A stretch of DNA of 64,000 nucleotides from Eledone cirrhosa (GCA_964016885.1 OZ024747.1:28210001-28274000); one strand, 5' to 3'. Positions 33,457 through 48,856 are shown, counted from the stretch's first letter. Program-made: numbers and translations. The notes: a model not told the origin generated them from the sequence alone.

Positions 33457-36400
33457 GTAAATATTACTTTATTTCTTCTCTTTCTTTCATTCTTTTTGCT
33501 CCCTATTGAGCACTAAGTGATGAGAATTCTCCATTCTGCTTGGTTGCAAGATTTGTCATGGGCCTACTCCCAGGTCAGGCTTATGTCTGCCTGGTCTTCC
33601 ACAAGTCTGATGGGTCTGCATAGCTAAGCACCTCTCACTGTCATACAGCTTTCCATAGCCTCCTAATTTGTGTGTAGATTTGAACTGAAGATCTATGAGC
33701 TGTTAGTTCTAACAAGGTGTCAACTTGGCCATCTCACTATTAATGGGCAAGAAAGGTATGTCTCCATCGGTAAGCTTATCTCTGGTGTCTTGGTAGACAA
33801 GAGATTAATCTCCTCCTGGAGATGGCACTAGCCTATTACAAAGTAATATTCCCAGGAGATAGAGTGGCATCTTTTCCCACCAACAGCTAGGTAAAGTGAG
33901 AAAATAATAAGTGTTTTTCCACCAAAACATAATAAAGACCGACAGTGGATGTGAAATTATGAATTATAAGGAAGTTTGACCACTTCTTTATCCACTTAGC
34001 CATTACATCTCATTGGCACACTCCAGTTTTAACTGATGCTAATAAACCAAATAGGCCATGGGGTACATCCTATTTATTTGCTTAGTGTTTGATTTTCATA
34101 CAGCAAAGCTGGGGACAATGTAGTTTATACATAATTTTAAAAGTACTAGTTGACCAATGCTGTCATTAGCATTGAATATATTTAATTTTTAGAGTTCAGG
34201 ATTGGTATGCCATATATATGCCAACATTACCAGATATATGAACTCTCATACAAACCAGGAAATCTGCACTTTGATAAATTAATCGTCTGCATGATTAAAG
34301 ATAAGGATGCTATTTTAATTTATTTCTAGAATATAAGAAATCCCATCTGTTATAAAATGAATAGGATGGGTTGGGGGCCTCAATATGTCTCAACTAAATG
34401 ACTTATTTTTAAAAAGATCAATGGAAACAACCTAGAAAAATTACCAATTTTCCAACCCTCTCTCTCCACTTACCCCTACACACACTACATATCAACAAGA
34501 TCCATGATCTAATTTGCTTACCGAGTGGGGTAGCATTTATCAGATCAGACCAAGGAAACAATGTTTCTATTGGTCTTTCCAATTACTGTTGCTATCTACC
34601 AATCACAACTCTTAGCAGCATGATCAATTGAAATAAAGTGTCTTGCTGAAGGACATTACACATCACCTGATCTGGGAATCAAACTCAACTTCAAGATTTT
34701 GAATCCAACTGTCTAACTACTAAGCTACACCATGTGTGTGTGTGTCTCTCTCTATATATATAACAATTATGTGTTCATTATCTTTTTCAGATTGCTGATC
34801 GTCTGAAAGAACGTTTTGATAATTACATAAAAGTGTTAGGAACCAACAAGATTACAGTGGAACATTTATATAAATTTCACGTGAAGCAGCCTGTTACTCG
34901 CAAACTTAACTGTTGCAACTTGCCATTTAGTGAACTGATGTGAGTCTTTCCATTTTTTACCACTAGATATTTTATGCAAATCATATAAAGCTATATAACT
35001 ACTAATTGCCATACAAAAACAATCCCACTGAGAGTAATTTTTGTTCCAAATTAGTATTTACTAGGATTTTTTCAACACACGCATATGTGTGTATGTGCAT
35101 GCATACATTTATATTTATGAGTATATAAATATAAACGTGCAAACACTGACACACACACACTCAGACATACATTCACACAAACACATACACAGTATAACAA
35201 ATGGAACACCAGCCACTATTCTGCTATAGTTTTTCTCACCACCCCCTGCCTTCCTTTTACACACATACATTCACGCAGGCAGCAGATGTAAAAAGAGAGG
35301 AGTAGTATGAGGTAGTCAAACTACTCCTCTCTCATTATGTGTTGTAACAGAATTGCAGAAATTTATATATAGATTATATCTTATATGATTTATATCTTAT
35401 ATCCATCTATGCCATCCATGAACTTTTTGTTCCTTATGAAGTCACAGGGGCTCCATTTTGACAAGTGATGGCTTAGGCATTTAAACTACATAGAGCCCAT
35501 CCTTCTCCAAGTCTGAACACAAGTGATTTTTTTTTCCAGTGAAAGAGACAAAGCTGCATAGAGGGAAGATGAACCCCATTACTGGGATGGTACTTTTTGT
35601 GATGGTGATCTCATGTCTTTGTGGATAGGGGATGGTAAGAGAGTGTGTGTCTGTAAAAAAGAGAAAAAGATCAAGAGAGAGTAGCAGTAGCAGCAAAGCC
35701 AAAATCCTTTCATGTAACAAGTATGGAAAGGGGTTGTTAAGAGTGTGTGAGCAAGAGAGAGAGAGAGTGAGGAGAGAAAGAGAGCTAAAGAGCAATTTCT
35801 TTTATGAAAAATATTGTTTATTATCAAATTATGAATAAAATATTCCATTTTGGTATTTTCAGTTATTTGTTAATTTTATTCGATTTATTTATTTTTTTGT
35901 GTGGTATCTATGTAATTAAGTACCAAATATATTAATTGTGTGTATATGCATATAACTTATAAAATAAAACATTTAAAATGCCATATTGATATTTATTACT
36001 TTGTGGTTTTGTTTCTAATTAAACCATGTAATTTCCCTGGGGGTTAGCTAGTTTATATTAAAATTATAGCCATTGATTTATGATATTACTAAACTGGGTA
36101 TATTTGTTAGAATCATCTAACATTTTTCACATGCACTATTGCAACAAAGCTGTCTATAATCAGCTCATCGATTCTACTGACACTATATCATCATCATCAC
36201 CACCCATTTACCATGCTGGAATTGGTTGAAAAGGCTGTCACAGTTTGAGAGTAGATGAGTCAGAGACACCATTTTTGGCATGGTTTTATGGCTAGATGCC
36301 CTTCCTAATGACAACTACTTTACAGAATGTACTGGCTGCATTTTATTGTGGCACCAGTACTACACTAGCATGGAAAATGGATGTAGAATGAGAGAGGATA

Positions 36401-39400
36401 TTTAAAACAGTAAACCCTTTCCTGACCATATTTCTTATGAAATACACTCAATTTCAGTTAATTACTGAAGAATTTTGAGAGATTTATTGAAATTATTAGA
36501 TATTTCTTTCTTTTCTTCTTTTGAACCCATACTTCCTGAGGGTGTTGTAGGGGTGTCTTATTGACATACAGCTTTTCTTGTACATTTTAAAATCTGGTGG
36601 AGCCCATCTCCAGAGAAGGATAGAAAGTAAGAGAAAGGAAGTGAGAAAGATATAGAAAGGCAGAATCAGCCCCAGTACTAGACTGGTACTTTTTTTTATC
36701 AACCCTAAATGGTTGAAAGGCTAAGTTGAACTCAAAATATTTCATTACTAAGATAGTAACATATGTTTCTTAAATAAAATTATATTGGAAGACTTTATTT
36801 TAAACTGAAATCATTTAAAATAGCTGGTTTTAGTTCATAATACCAGAGCTCATTTTGACCAGGCTGTTATCAAAAGGGTTAACAAAAATATAAATTCTTG
36901 TAATAATTTACCTTTATTGACTGGCAAATTTTATCATTGTTGTAAGATTTAGAAATTGGAAGTTATTCATTAGAAAGTATCAGATAATGTCTCTGTATTC
37001 TGCTCTTTTTTAATCATATTTAATTGAATATTCTTTTGTAGATCCCAGTCACAGTATCGTTGTAAGATTTCCACACGAAATAGTTGTGATTTACTACCAC
37101 CTAATCTGTCTCCTGGAGCATTTAATCCTGGTCGGAATCTCACTGATGGTAAGTTGATAAACGACATCATTCATATTCCTCTCTTGTAGCTTTTCTGGTG
37201 TGGTCCTAATTTCTTTTGATCTTAATTAATTATTATTTGGTACTTACCCACATGAAACCATCCTTGTTTTACCTGGAACTGTACATTATAAACAGTTCAT
37301 AATTATATTAAAACCTTCCATCAAAATTTTATTTAGAGTCATCTTCCAAACACCAGCTGAATTATGAAAAAGTTATTTTATTAAATTTCTCCATTTTTTA
37401 AATATTATTTTTGAAATTTATTGGAACACAATGTATTTCATTAATAATGCAGCAACAGAAGGGTTAATATTCAAATAAGATAACAACCCCTGTACAATGA
37501 TATATTTATTACTCTGAGTATATTTACAACAATATAGCTATAGCTATTACTGAGTATATATAATACAATATAGCTATTATTGTAAGTAGATTTACAACAG
37601 TATAGCTATTACTGAGTATATATACCACAGTATAGCTATTGTTGTGAGTATATTTACAACAGTATATCTATTATTGAGCATATTTACAACAATATATCTA
37701 TTACTGTGAGTGACATATAAAATGCTGTAATTTCTTCTCTTGCCAGTGTGGCACAACAATGTCCAGTATTTCCCTAGCCTCAAGTGGCAATATTTCATCT
37801 CAGTTCAAGGAATTCACAATGAATATCCAGCCAATACATTTGAGTGGTCAGAAGATTGTTTAAATGTCCACGATATCAGACACAGGTCAGTAAAATTACA
37901 TCAGAAACACTAAAATATAAAATCAATAAAAAATATCTGAAATGTCTTTTGATTATCTTAGATGTTTTTTTCTTCTCCTCTTTGTCATGATTTTTACACA
38001 ACTGAAGAGTTCATTTAATCTTTTGTTTGGCAAGATTTCTATAGCTGGTTGCCCTTCCTATCTCTTTGTTTACTGAAAGCAAACAAAAAGTGATATTTAA
38101 TTGAAAGATTGTTTTATTTGCAGAGATGTGTTTGTATCTACAATCCGGCCACAACGTAAACATTTAGTGATTGTGATGGATCATGGATTGTCTTTAAGTC
38201 TCACTCAACTAAATACTGCTAAAGCTGTAGCTAAACATCTACTGGAATCTCTCTCAGAAAACGACTATGTAAGTCTCTCCTTTTATCAATGTCTCTCCTT
38301 TCACCACGGATTGGCAGTATCAGTAGAGCATCAGACACCATGCTTTGCAGCATAGAGTTATGGCCCTTTACGTACTGAGTTCAAATCCTGCCGAGGTTAG
38401 CTTTGCCTTTCATCCATACTGGGGTCGCTAAAGTAAAACACCAGTAATGCACTTGGGTCGATTTAATCGACTTTCCCCCTTCCCAAAATTGCTTCAGAAA
38501 CCATTATTACCATACAGGCTGGTTAGCTGTGGTGGTGGCAGTGCGGGGGTTTGCGGTTAAGGGTTATTGGTCAGCTGGGTGATCAAGTTAATGAGGGTGC
38601 CTCTATGCAGTTGCTTAACCTGCTAGGAATAGTGATTAAATCTTCCTCAAACCACACCTTAACATCTAAAAATCAAATATAGTGAATGTAGTCTTGGATG
38701 TATTATGCCTGAAAACTGGATGGGATGGTCATAATGGGAATGTTTAATCAGAGGTTTGCTCAATCTATGCCAACCTGGGGCTAAACAACTCACAGTTAAA
38801 TACCTTGGCTATTTTGATACCACACAACGCCACATATTGCACTACATCACATCACACACACAACGCCACATATTGCACTACACCACACCACACACACATG
38901 CATGCACACTGCATGTTGCACATGCACATCACACGCGCTCCATACATGATGCACGCTCACCACGCCACACATTGCACTACATACCACGTAGACATCACAC
39001 ACACCACAACACATACATACACACAATGAACAGACTACCACACCACATGCATACACACACCACACTACACACACATACTCTCACCACACCACAACCTATG
39101 ACTACTGGTAACCAACCTGTGTTTGTTTTAACCTTTTAGCATTTACATCACTCTATATATATACAATTGTATTTTTGTGGTAAAGGCTTTATCTTACATA
39201 GTTATCTCACATAATATTGAATCTACAAGATTTTGGTGTTATTTATTTTGAGAACAATATCTTAACATCAGTATGAGCAGCCACCTATGACTGGTTTGAG
39301 CAGAAAGAGGTGAGAGAATTCTGGCCGGAATCAGCCGGTTTAAATGTTAAAGGGTTAAAGTGTTTATATTTATCTACAACCTTCCATCACAATCTTATGT

Positions 39401-42400
39401 AAAAACCTTTAAGTTATGCTTCAAATATCAGCTTAATAATGAGAAAGTTAGATTATGAAATCCTTTCAAATTCTTGATTATTTTCAAAATGATTGGAAGA
39501 TCATAAGCAGTATTTTTCATTAGAAATATGGTAACAAAAGTGTTAAATATTAAGCAATGGGTCACAGAGGAGAATTAATTTGGCAAAATGGGTCAATGGA
39601 ACCATTTGTTGAAACCTTTAATTTATTTTTTCAATTTTTCTCTTTGATTTCATGTCACTAGGTTGGAGTTATTGGGTTAGCTGCTCAACCTACCTATCCT
39701 CGAGCTGACTCCTGTCTTCCCCACACATTGGTTCAAGCAACCTATGAGACAAGATTATATTTCAATAAATTTTTAGATGGTTTAAAGAAAGAAAACAGTA
39801 AGTGGAGTATTTTATTTTTACCTCATCTTCAGATTAATTTTTTTTTAAATGTTACGATAGTCTCAATAGTGGTGGTGCTACAATGAAATGCACCCAATAC
39901 ACTCTGTAAAGTGGTAGTGCTGGTGCCATGATAAAATGCACCCATTCCACTCTGCAAAGCTGTTCTTGGTTTTGCACGCACACACACACACACAGTCTCA
40001 TTCCTATACACACACAGTCTCATTTATGTACTTACACAGTTGCATTCAATGTGTTTTTCTGTTGAAAGAACTCAGTTTATTCTTTTGTCTCCCCAGCTGC
40101 AACCAACCACTCCCTTGGTTTTCAGTACGCTTTTGAAATGATAGAAAATTCTGGTGATTCTGTGATTGGTGAGTTACAACTAATAATCTTTGCTAACATG
40201 TGAATGGTTTTTATATTTAATAGAGTTAGTTGTCATTTGGTCATATGGTAGGATTAAAGACAGCTTGTGTGGTCATGTGATGAGATTGAGTGACACCTGT
40301 TGGATGAAGAAGTGCACTGGGTTTTATTTTGTTATGGCACCAGCTCTTCGTAATGCTGACCACTTTACCGAGTGTACTTGGTGTGTTTTATGCCACCAAC
40401 ACTAGAGAGACTGCATCCATGATTTGACTGAAGAGTCCTCTCGACATCTTTGGCATGGTTTCAAAGGATGGATGTCCTTCTTAACATCAAACTCTAAGGA
40501 GGTTGTCAGTCACTGACTTAACTGAAGAGCCCTCTCTGCCCTATAGAAGGGAAGAGGGTGCTTTTCTCAAGTCAGCTATGTTTAGAGTGTGAGGATAAAG
40601 GTGAGAATGATGACAAGTATGAAGTTATGGGTGGGTGGGGAGGGGAGTCAAAGAGGGATGACTGGTTGAATTTATGTTGTGTCAGGTGTATGATTGATTG
40701 AATTTATGGTGTGATGGGTATATGACTGGTTGTATTTATGGTGTCATGGGTGCATGTCAGACAGTGTGGTTGTTTATTGCTAACAGGAGCATGTAAAGAG
40801 CCTGTCAATCCAGTATTTATTTAAAAAATATTTTTACATTTATTTTCAGATAAAGAAGACAAAGTCATGATTATGTATATTAGTCGTGGTTTGTTATCAA
40901 TTCTGACAGAAGCACGGGACGTGTTTGATACTATCTCTTACCATAACACCAAACTGAATTTTACAGTTATTATCAATACATATGCTGTCATTGATGGTAA
41001 GGATTTATGGATTGTCTAATATGTATAGTCTACACTTCTACACCTCTGCTGAAAAACATTATCTCATTTTCATGCTACACCTTTAACTCCGAATGTCCTG
41101 TACCACATGAAATTCCATAAGCAAGGCATGTCTACATCACATAATAAAATTGAAGTCTTTAGTCTAATTCTGCAATGTTGCATTAAGATTTGTTCACTAC
41201 TAAAGATACTACAAACATCTGAATTAATAAATTTGTTTTTAGATATTTTCTGCTAAATCATTACAGGATGTTAAATGTTAATATCATCAAATTTTGCCAA
41301 AATTCCAGTTCATAATTTTATCTCTCTTGAGGTTGATAAAATGTATCCAGTACACTCTTTATGGTGGTTGGTGATCAAAGAGAATTGTCAAGAACATGAT
41401 AACCTCTCTAGTGCTAATGACACGATAAAATGTATCCAGTACACTCTGTTAAGAAACCATACTGAAAATGGAACACAAGACAAACATGTGGTTCACCGAT
41501 CCATTTAAAAGGCAGTATCACATGTATTGACTCAGGCTTTTGACCCATCCAACATGGAAAGTGTGCGTAAAAAGATTATGATAATTTAGATTGGTTCGAG
41601 CAATTATAATTCCTCCCCATTACAAAATTGTTCTAAATCCTTGATAAATGTAAAATATAAAATAATATTCTGTAGTTATGATTACAATTTGAACTAGAGA
41701 AAATAAATGAAAATAAAAAAAGATTGAAAAACTGAAAATTATTATTCATATAAATTGAATTTCCATTTTTTATTGTTTTAAATCTAGTTACAGTTTTTCA
41801 GTTTAGAATAGATTTTTTCTCAAATCAATTATTTATTCATCTTAACATACATTTTTTTAGAAAACATCTCAGTTAAATCAAATTGAAATTGGAACAGAAT
41901 AAAAAAAATAAAAAACCCCAAACAAAAAAAAAACAAAGGGAAAGACTTAAATTGGTTAATTTAAACTTTAAACGAATTGTTGATTAATTATATAATTATT
42001 ATTATAGTTTAGATTAGAAAACAGTATTTTAGAGGGCTACAGCAATGCAAATAGGACATTAAATGTTAAAAATAATAACAAAGTTGTGGAAATGTTACTT
42101 TGGAAATATTTATTTAATTTGTTATATATTTTGGGAGAAAATTCCCCTTGTCAAAAGAAAGGTTAATACAACTAAGTAGGAGCAGGAGAACTTGGTGTGC
42201 TTCTTGGGATGGCATGTTAACTATTTTTCTTCTACAATTTATACAGATACCATTCCAACAATGTATGAAAAGAGCTTCTTACAAGATGTTGCTGATCAAA
42301 ATTATGCCAAATATGATGTACCTTATGAGAATACTACAGCAATTTTGGTAAGGAACTGTTATTTGTTTGATTTTTCTTTTGAAATTATTATTATTATTAT

Positions 42401-45400
42401 TGTTGTGATGGTGGCAGATTGGCAGTATCAGTAGAGCATTGGACACTGTGCTTTGTGGCATGGAGTTATGGCCCTTATGTTCCGAGTTCAAATCCTGCCG
42501 GGGTTAGCTTTGCCTTTCATCCTTATGGGGACGATAAAGTAAAGCACCAGTAATGCACTGGAGTTGATTTAACCGATTTTCCCCTCCCCTTCAAATAGCT
42601 GGCCTTGTGCCTAAAATAGAAACAATTATTATTATTGTTGTTTAGTGATCTTATTTTTAATAGCTGTTTTTACTGCACTACTGAGTGTGGCTCAGGCCTT
42701 GTGTGTTCGGTCTTGGAATTATATATGCTACTGTATTGACAGCACTCTGTGTAATGTGTATGTAGGGCCTAGTGGTGCTGATTTCTATATGTTGTGTATA
42801 TGTGTAAGCCCAACATAATGTGTATAGTGCTTAGTGGTGCTGATTTTGTCCCTTACTCTACATAAAATGTGTGCAGTATCTATGTATTAGAGCCACTTTA
42901 TTTTGTGTTAGAGAATTGAAAATGATTGTATCAATAAAGAATGTTTCTTTTCTCATTTCTGCCATATCTGAGTAAAGACCTTTACTGAAGAAGAGTATAA
43001 ACAGCTTTTTTTTTTTGCCAGAACATTGACATTGCAAGTAAGCAGTATCAACCATCTCAACTAATAAGTGTTTGTAATATGAAGCCACTATTAGATAAAG
43101 CCACAGAAACTCTACTTGTTGGCCAAGTGTGGCTAGGATAGGTGGCTCATGTGATTGCATGACTAGCCATGGTTATTGCCACCTATGATATAACTATTTT
43201 ATTATTTTGTCTTTCATTTTAGAAAGGAATGATGGTAGCCATAAACAAGACAAAGGATCTCAGTTCCACTGTTGGCCAGTTTTATCGTCCATTGAACCAG
43301 TCTGACAAATATCTTCCTGTATTTTCTTTGCCATACACTGATGAAGCTGACAAAGGTAAGGCATATTTATCTATTTATCTCTCTCTCTCTCTCAGCCAAG
43401 ATTTTACCTTGAAATGTCTGAGTATGCCAAAACGGTTGAGAGGATTCTTCAGTTATGTTATGGATATAACAACCTCTCCTGTAAAGTTGTTGGCATTAGG
43501 AAGTGCATCAAGTCATAGAAAATTTGCCAAACAAAGGTTGAGAGGACTCTTAGGTTATATCAAAGACATGGCAACTACCATAATGCTGGTGCTACAATAA
43601 AACACATTCAGTACATTTTGTAAAGTGATGAAATGCATATGAGCTAGTTATGATCCCAACCTGTCTAAAAGGTCAGTGGCACTAATGAAGTACTGACTTT
43701 GTGTGTGACAACCTGTCCAACTCTTGCTATTTAGAAAAAAATGTATGTTTAATAATGATAAGGATATCATCTAAACTTGTATCATTGAGATATCTTTATA
43801 ATAGCTTTGACAATGATAGCCAAGCTTATATCTTCAGATGTGTCTATTGTAAATCTGACTATCACTATCATCTTTATTGTAGCTCTGACTATGAGTATCA
43901 GCCAAGCTTGTATCCATGATGGAACTTTGATAGGAGTTGTTGGTGTTGATTTACACATGGAAGATATTGCACAAGACATAACGTACTTCAACCAAGAAGA
44001 GTCATCATATGCCTTCATCATTAACACAGACGGTAAGCACTTTTATTTAATGACTAGCTCATGTTTTTGATACTTATATTATACTAATTGATAATACAAA
44101 AGACCAAGTTGATTGGTGATATACATTCTCCATTGTATCCAGTGAAAAGAAACATCTATGGCACTGATCCTTCCATTTGTGTTTCAGGCTACACCATTAT
44201 GCACCCATCTTTCAGTCGGCCGATCAGGACAAGACTACAACCAATGCATACGGATATAAGACATTTTGAAAATGTCCCTAATTTTGGTGAAATACGGGCA
44301 GCTATTTTAAGGTAATTAAAATATGAAAATTATCCACATTTGCATATGAAATGATATTTTGGTTTCTAGTTATGATGACTTCCTCATGTTCAAAGTAAGT
44401 CACTAGATGAAATGATTTTTTTTAGTTTTGGTTTCTATTCTTGACACTAAGGACTTCATGTACCCCATATATTTCACATCATCTACCATATATTTCACAT
44501 CATCTACCACATATTTCACATCATGTACACCATATATTTCACATCATGTACCCCATATATTTCACATCATCTACCCCATATATTTCACATCATGTACCAC
44601 ATATTTCAGTACCTCCATCACAACAACAAATAGTAGTGGGCTTAATACTGATCCCTTATGCACTCCATCCTTCACTTCCAGTTCTTTGTCCTTGCAACTG
44701 TACATATTTTCTCATACATAGTAATCACTACTTTAACCAACCATTCCTTGACTAATGCTCTCACTGCCCATCTTATTACTTCACATGAAACCTTTTCAAA
44801 AGCTTTCAACAATCCCCCAAAACAAATATTTCTCCTGTGATTGCCTTACAATAGCTTTTCTCTTACAAATTCTCTCTCCAAATCAATTTTTGTTACATTT
44901 AATGTCTTATTAAAATTAGGTTGATGAGGATTGTCCATAAAATATTGGTATTGGTTCCACAAATTTTGGAAAATCATTTAAAGGTTTTACAAAAAATAAC
45001 TTTAGTGGACCATTGGTTTACTGTAAACATATAATAATAATAATAATGAAATTATTGTGTACAGTGCTCAGGTGCACTACAACTCATCAAAGGTGCATGT
45101 ATAGTACATAGAATAATGTACAAATGTCAGGGAAATAAACAGTGTATGAGTCATGATATAATAACAATAACGAAATATTGTGCACAGTGCCCAGGTGCAC
45201 CACAACTCATCAAAAAAGTGCATGTACAGTACATAGGGCAATGCACAAACATCAGTAAAATGAACAGTGCACGAGTCATGATACACACATGTGTGCATGT
45301 GTATGGAAGGGGTACATCAGGTGTAGTTTTGGCGTATTTTGGGAAGCATGAGTGTCTTAAAGGATGCAGTGTCTCGGCAGCTAACAATTGACGCAGGCAG

Positions 45401-48400
45401 TTTGTTCCATGCTTCAGCAACTCTGAGCGTGAAAAAATGTCTGCGAAAGTCATGGGAGCTGTGCTGTTTTCTTATCTTGTAGGCATGTCCACGTGTGTTA
45501 GACACATGGAGATCAAAGAGGCGCTCAGGGTTGCAGTTGGCGAGATGGTTAAAAACTTTGTGGGTATTCACCAAGTCCATTGCCAGACGTCGGAGCTTCA
45601 ATGAATCCATGCCCAGGGAAGCAAGGCGTTCAGAGTATGGTAGGTGTCTGATGGAGGGTATGCGCTTGGTTGCACGTCTCTGAACAGTTTCCAGGAGGTC
45701 AATGTTCCGAGCAAGATAGGGGTTCCAGACTGATGATGCGAATTCCAAGTGTGGTCGCACCATAGCTGTATACAGTTTTAAATAGATGGCTGGAGAGCGG
45801 CTAACAAAGGTCTTGCTGAGTGATGCCAAGACACCCTCGGCCTTCTTGACAATCTTAGAGACATGCTTTGTCCAACGCAAATCGTTGCTGACAGTAATGC
45901 CCAGGTCACGTTCACAAGAGGACTTTTTGATGTCAGTGTTGTGGAGGGAGTATGTGGACGCTGGATTTTTCCTTCCAAAATGCATGGTGGTACACTTGTC
46001 CACAGCCAGCTTCAGTTGCCAGTCTGTGATCCATTGCTGCATTGTGTCCAGGTCTGATTGTAGGAAAGAGTTGTAAATTTCAGGATCAGTCCTTTTGATT
46101 TCAAGGTACAGCTTGATGTCATCTGCATATTTTAGTACCGTGGCATTCTGTAAGTTGGCATCTATGTCATTAATATATGCCACAAACAAAAGAGGACCAA
46201 GAACAGATCCCTGTGGTACACCAGATGACATCTCATATGGTGAAGAATGCTGTCCTAGAACCGTGACTACTTCCTTTCGGCTGAGAATGAAAGATTTCAG
46301 CCAGTCGAAAAGATCATCCCTCACACCCATTGCAGAGAGTTTTGCCATAAGTCTTTTGTGTGGCACAGAATTAAAAGCCTTAGCAAAGTCAAGGTAAACA
46401 ACATCCACCCATGAGCCGCTGTCAGTGATCCGGGTGATGTCCTCAAGAAACTCGATAAGCTGATCACAGCAGCTGGAGTTAGGGATAAATCCAAACTGTG
46501 AGGGCCGGATGAGGCTGTGAGAGCTCCAGAAGTTCCAAAGTGTTTCTCTGACACAGGATTCCATCAGTTTGGCCATACAGCTAGTAAGACTGACTGGACG
46601 ATAGTTGACAGGTGACATGCGGTTGCCCTTTTTGAACAGGGGAATGACACTGGCAGTTTTCCACTGCTCCGGAGTAGCACCATTGCTGAGACAGTATTGA
46701 AAGAAAAAAGAAAGCTGGCGCAAAAGGAAATCCCCGCCACGTTTCAGAAGCAGGTATGTCACACCATCAAAACCAGGGGAGGCATAGTTGCGCTTATTCT
46801 TAAGGTGACGTCGCAACATTGCAGGTGTAAATTCCATAGTTGTTATGGAATTTGATGTTAGAGATGGTGGAGATGGTACATTCTGGTCTTCAACAGTAAA
46901 AATACTTGCATAGCACTCAGCAATGAGTTCTGCGCATTCCTTGGGATCGTCAGTGATCTGGCTTGTGTGGGGATTGCGAAGAGGACCAACTGGAGAGTGA
47001 GGTCTCTGCTTTGAATGAACATATTTCCAGAACACCTTACTGTCAGGATTGGTTGCGATGCACTGTTCAAATTCAAGCACTGCCTTCTTTGTCGCTTGAG
47101 ATGGTTAGAAGATTTATTCCGCTTTTTTCTGTTGGCATCTGATCTATGCAGTTTATATTCCCGTTCAGCGTTCCGACGTTCTTTCCTGGCAAGTCGGACC
47201 GCTGAAGTTTCCCAGATTGCACTTTTGGGGTGGTTATTTTTCCGCTTCCGTGGCACTGATGCTGCACACGCTATCCATATTGAGTCCAGGATGCTCTGGA
47301 GTATAGAGTTCACATCTCCAGAGTTATACATCTCATGCCAGTTTGGGCGCTGTAGCTCAGTGCAGTACAAGTTCCAATCCGCCCTCTTCCAATCAAAGCA
47401 AGCAGATTGGAGATGGCCCTGGTTTTTGTTGCTGCCCTCAAGTGCCAGATTGGCAATGATCATAGCATGATCAGAGTCGCCTAGAGGTTCCTCAGTAGTA
47501 CAACTGATAACCACTTCAGGAGTAGTGGTGAAGATCAGGTCCAAAGTGTTGTCACCTCTTGTTGGAGAGGTGACTACTTGTGACCAGTTTGAGTCCAGCA
47601 CTAGTTCAAGGAAATCGTTTGCACCCTGTGGCCAACGAAAGGTTTCCCAATCGATCTCAGGATGATTGAAGTCACCTGCAATAAACACATAAGTGGCTGT
47701 TTTCTTGGCAGCAACTCTGAGGATATCGCAAAGCTGTGTGTCCTGATGGTAGTTTGGGGGTCGATAAACAACACCAAGCAGAAGTGTTGACATGGTCATA
47801 CGTATGTCACAGAAAAAAACTTCTTCCTGTGATTCGTTCAAATCAACGCAAGGAATTACCGAAAAGTTTGAACGAACATAGACCATCACACCACCACCAC
47901 GGCGGTTAATGCGGTCCTTGCGGAAAAGGTTGTACCCAGTAATGGTGAAAACCCCATCACAGAGTAAGGAATGTGCCCATGTTTCCGTGACTGTGATGAA
48001 GTCAGGGTCGATGCTACTGACGTAGGATTCGAACAGATGTATCTTGTTGCATAAACTGCGAGCATTTAAGGACAACAATTTGTACCCTGCTCGCAGTTTA
48101 TGATGGTGTGTAGAGGGTGGCAGGTTGTTCTGGTTTAGTTTCCCAGAGTTGTAGCAGTTTTTACATTGCCAGTTATTGCGGGTAGATCACACTCAGACCA
48201 GCTGGTATCTCTCTTCCACGTTTCACCAGCCTTGACAAACCTCCAGATCTGCCCATCATCACGCAGACTGAAACTTTCATCTTGTGCTGAGTTCCGATTC
48301 AAGGAAGCTGCAGCACGTAGTTTTGGACGTACATGGGGTGGTAGGCCTGGGCGTGTTCGGAAGGTAATCCGATTTTCACGCCCAGCTTTAGCAGAGGCCA

Positions 48401-48813
48401 GATGATATGAGGTTGCCTCTGCGGGGTCCGAGAAAGACAGCCTGATGAGTCTGGGTTTTGGACCAGGTCAACCAAGGCGGAGGGCACCCTTTGGGGGAAC
48501 ACAGCCTAGGTCTTTGGCTGAGCTGGCAGCAAATGCCTGAAGATCAGCCTTGTCCTCTGGTACCCCAATGGCAATCACTTCATGGGTAGCAGATTCCGCA
48601 GTCTTTTCAGTCTTTCCAGCAAGAGGTACAGGGAGATTCTTTAGCAAGGCATTCCGATAAGACCCCTCATTGTGGGGTCCTACCCGAATGCTTGTCTCTA
48701 TTCCTGCAACTTCCCTTCTCAGAGCAGAAATCATTAGTTGCAGTTCCGCAAAATCTGTACTGGACGGTTGTTGTTGTTGTTGTTGCTGTTGCTGCTGCTG
48801 CTGCTGCTGCTGC

Positions 48814-48856
<43 letters not shown>

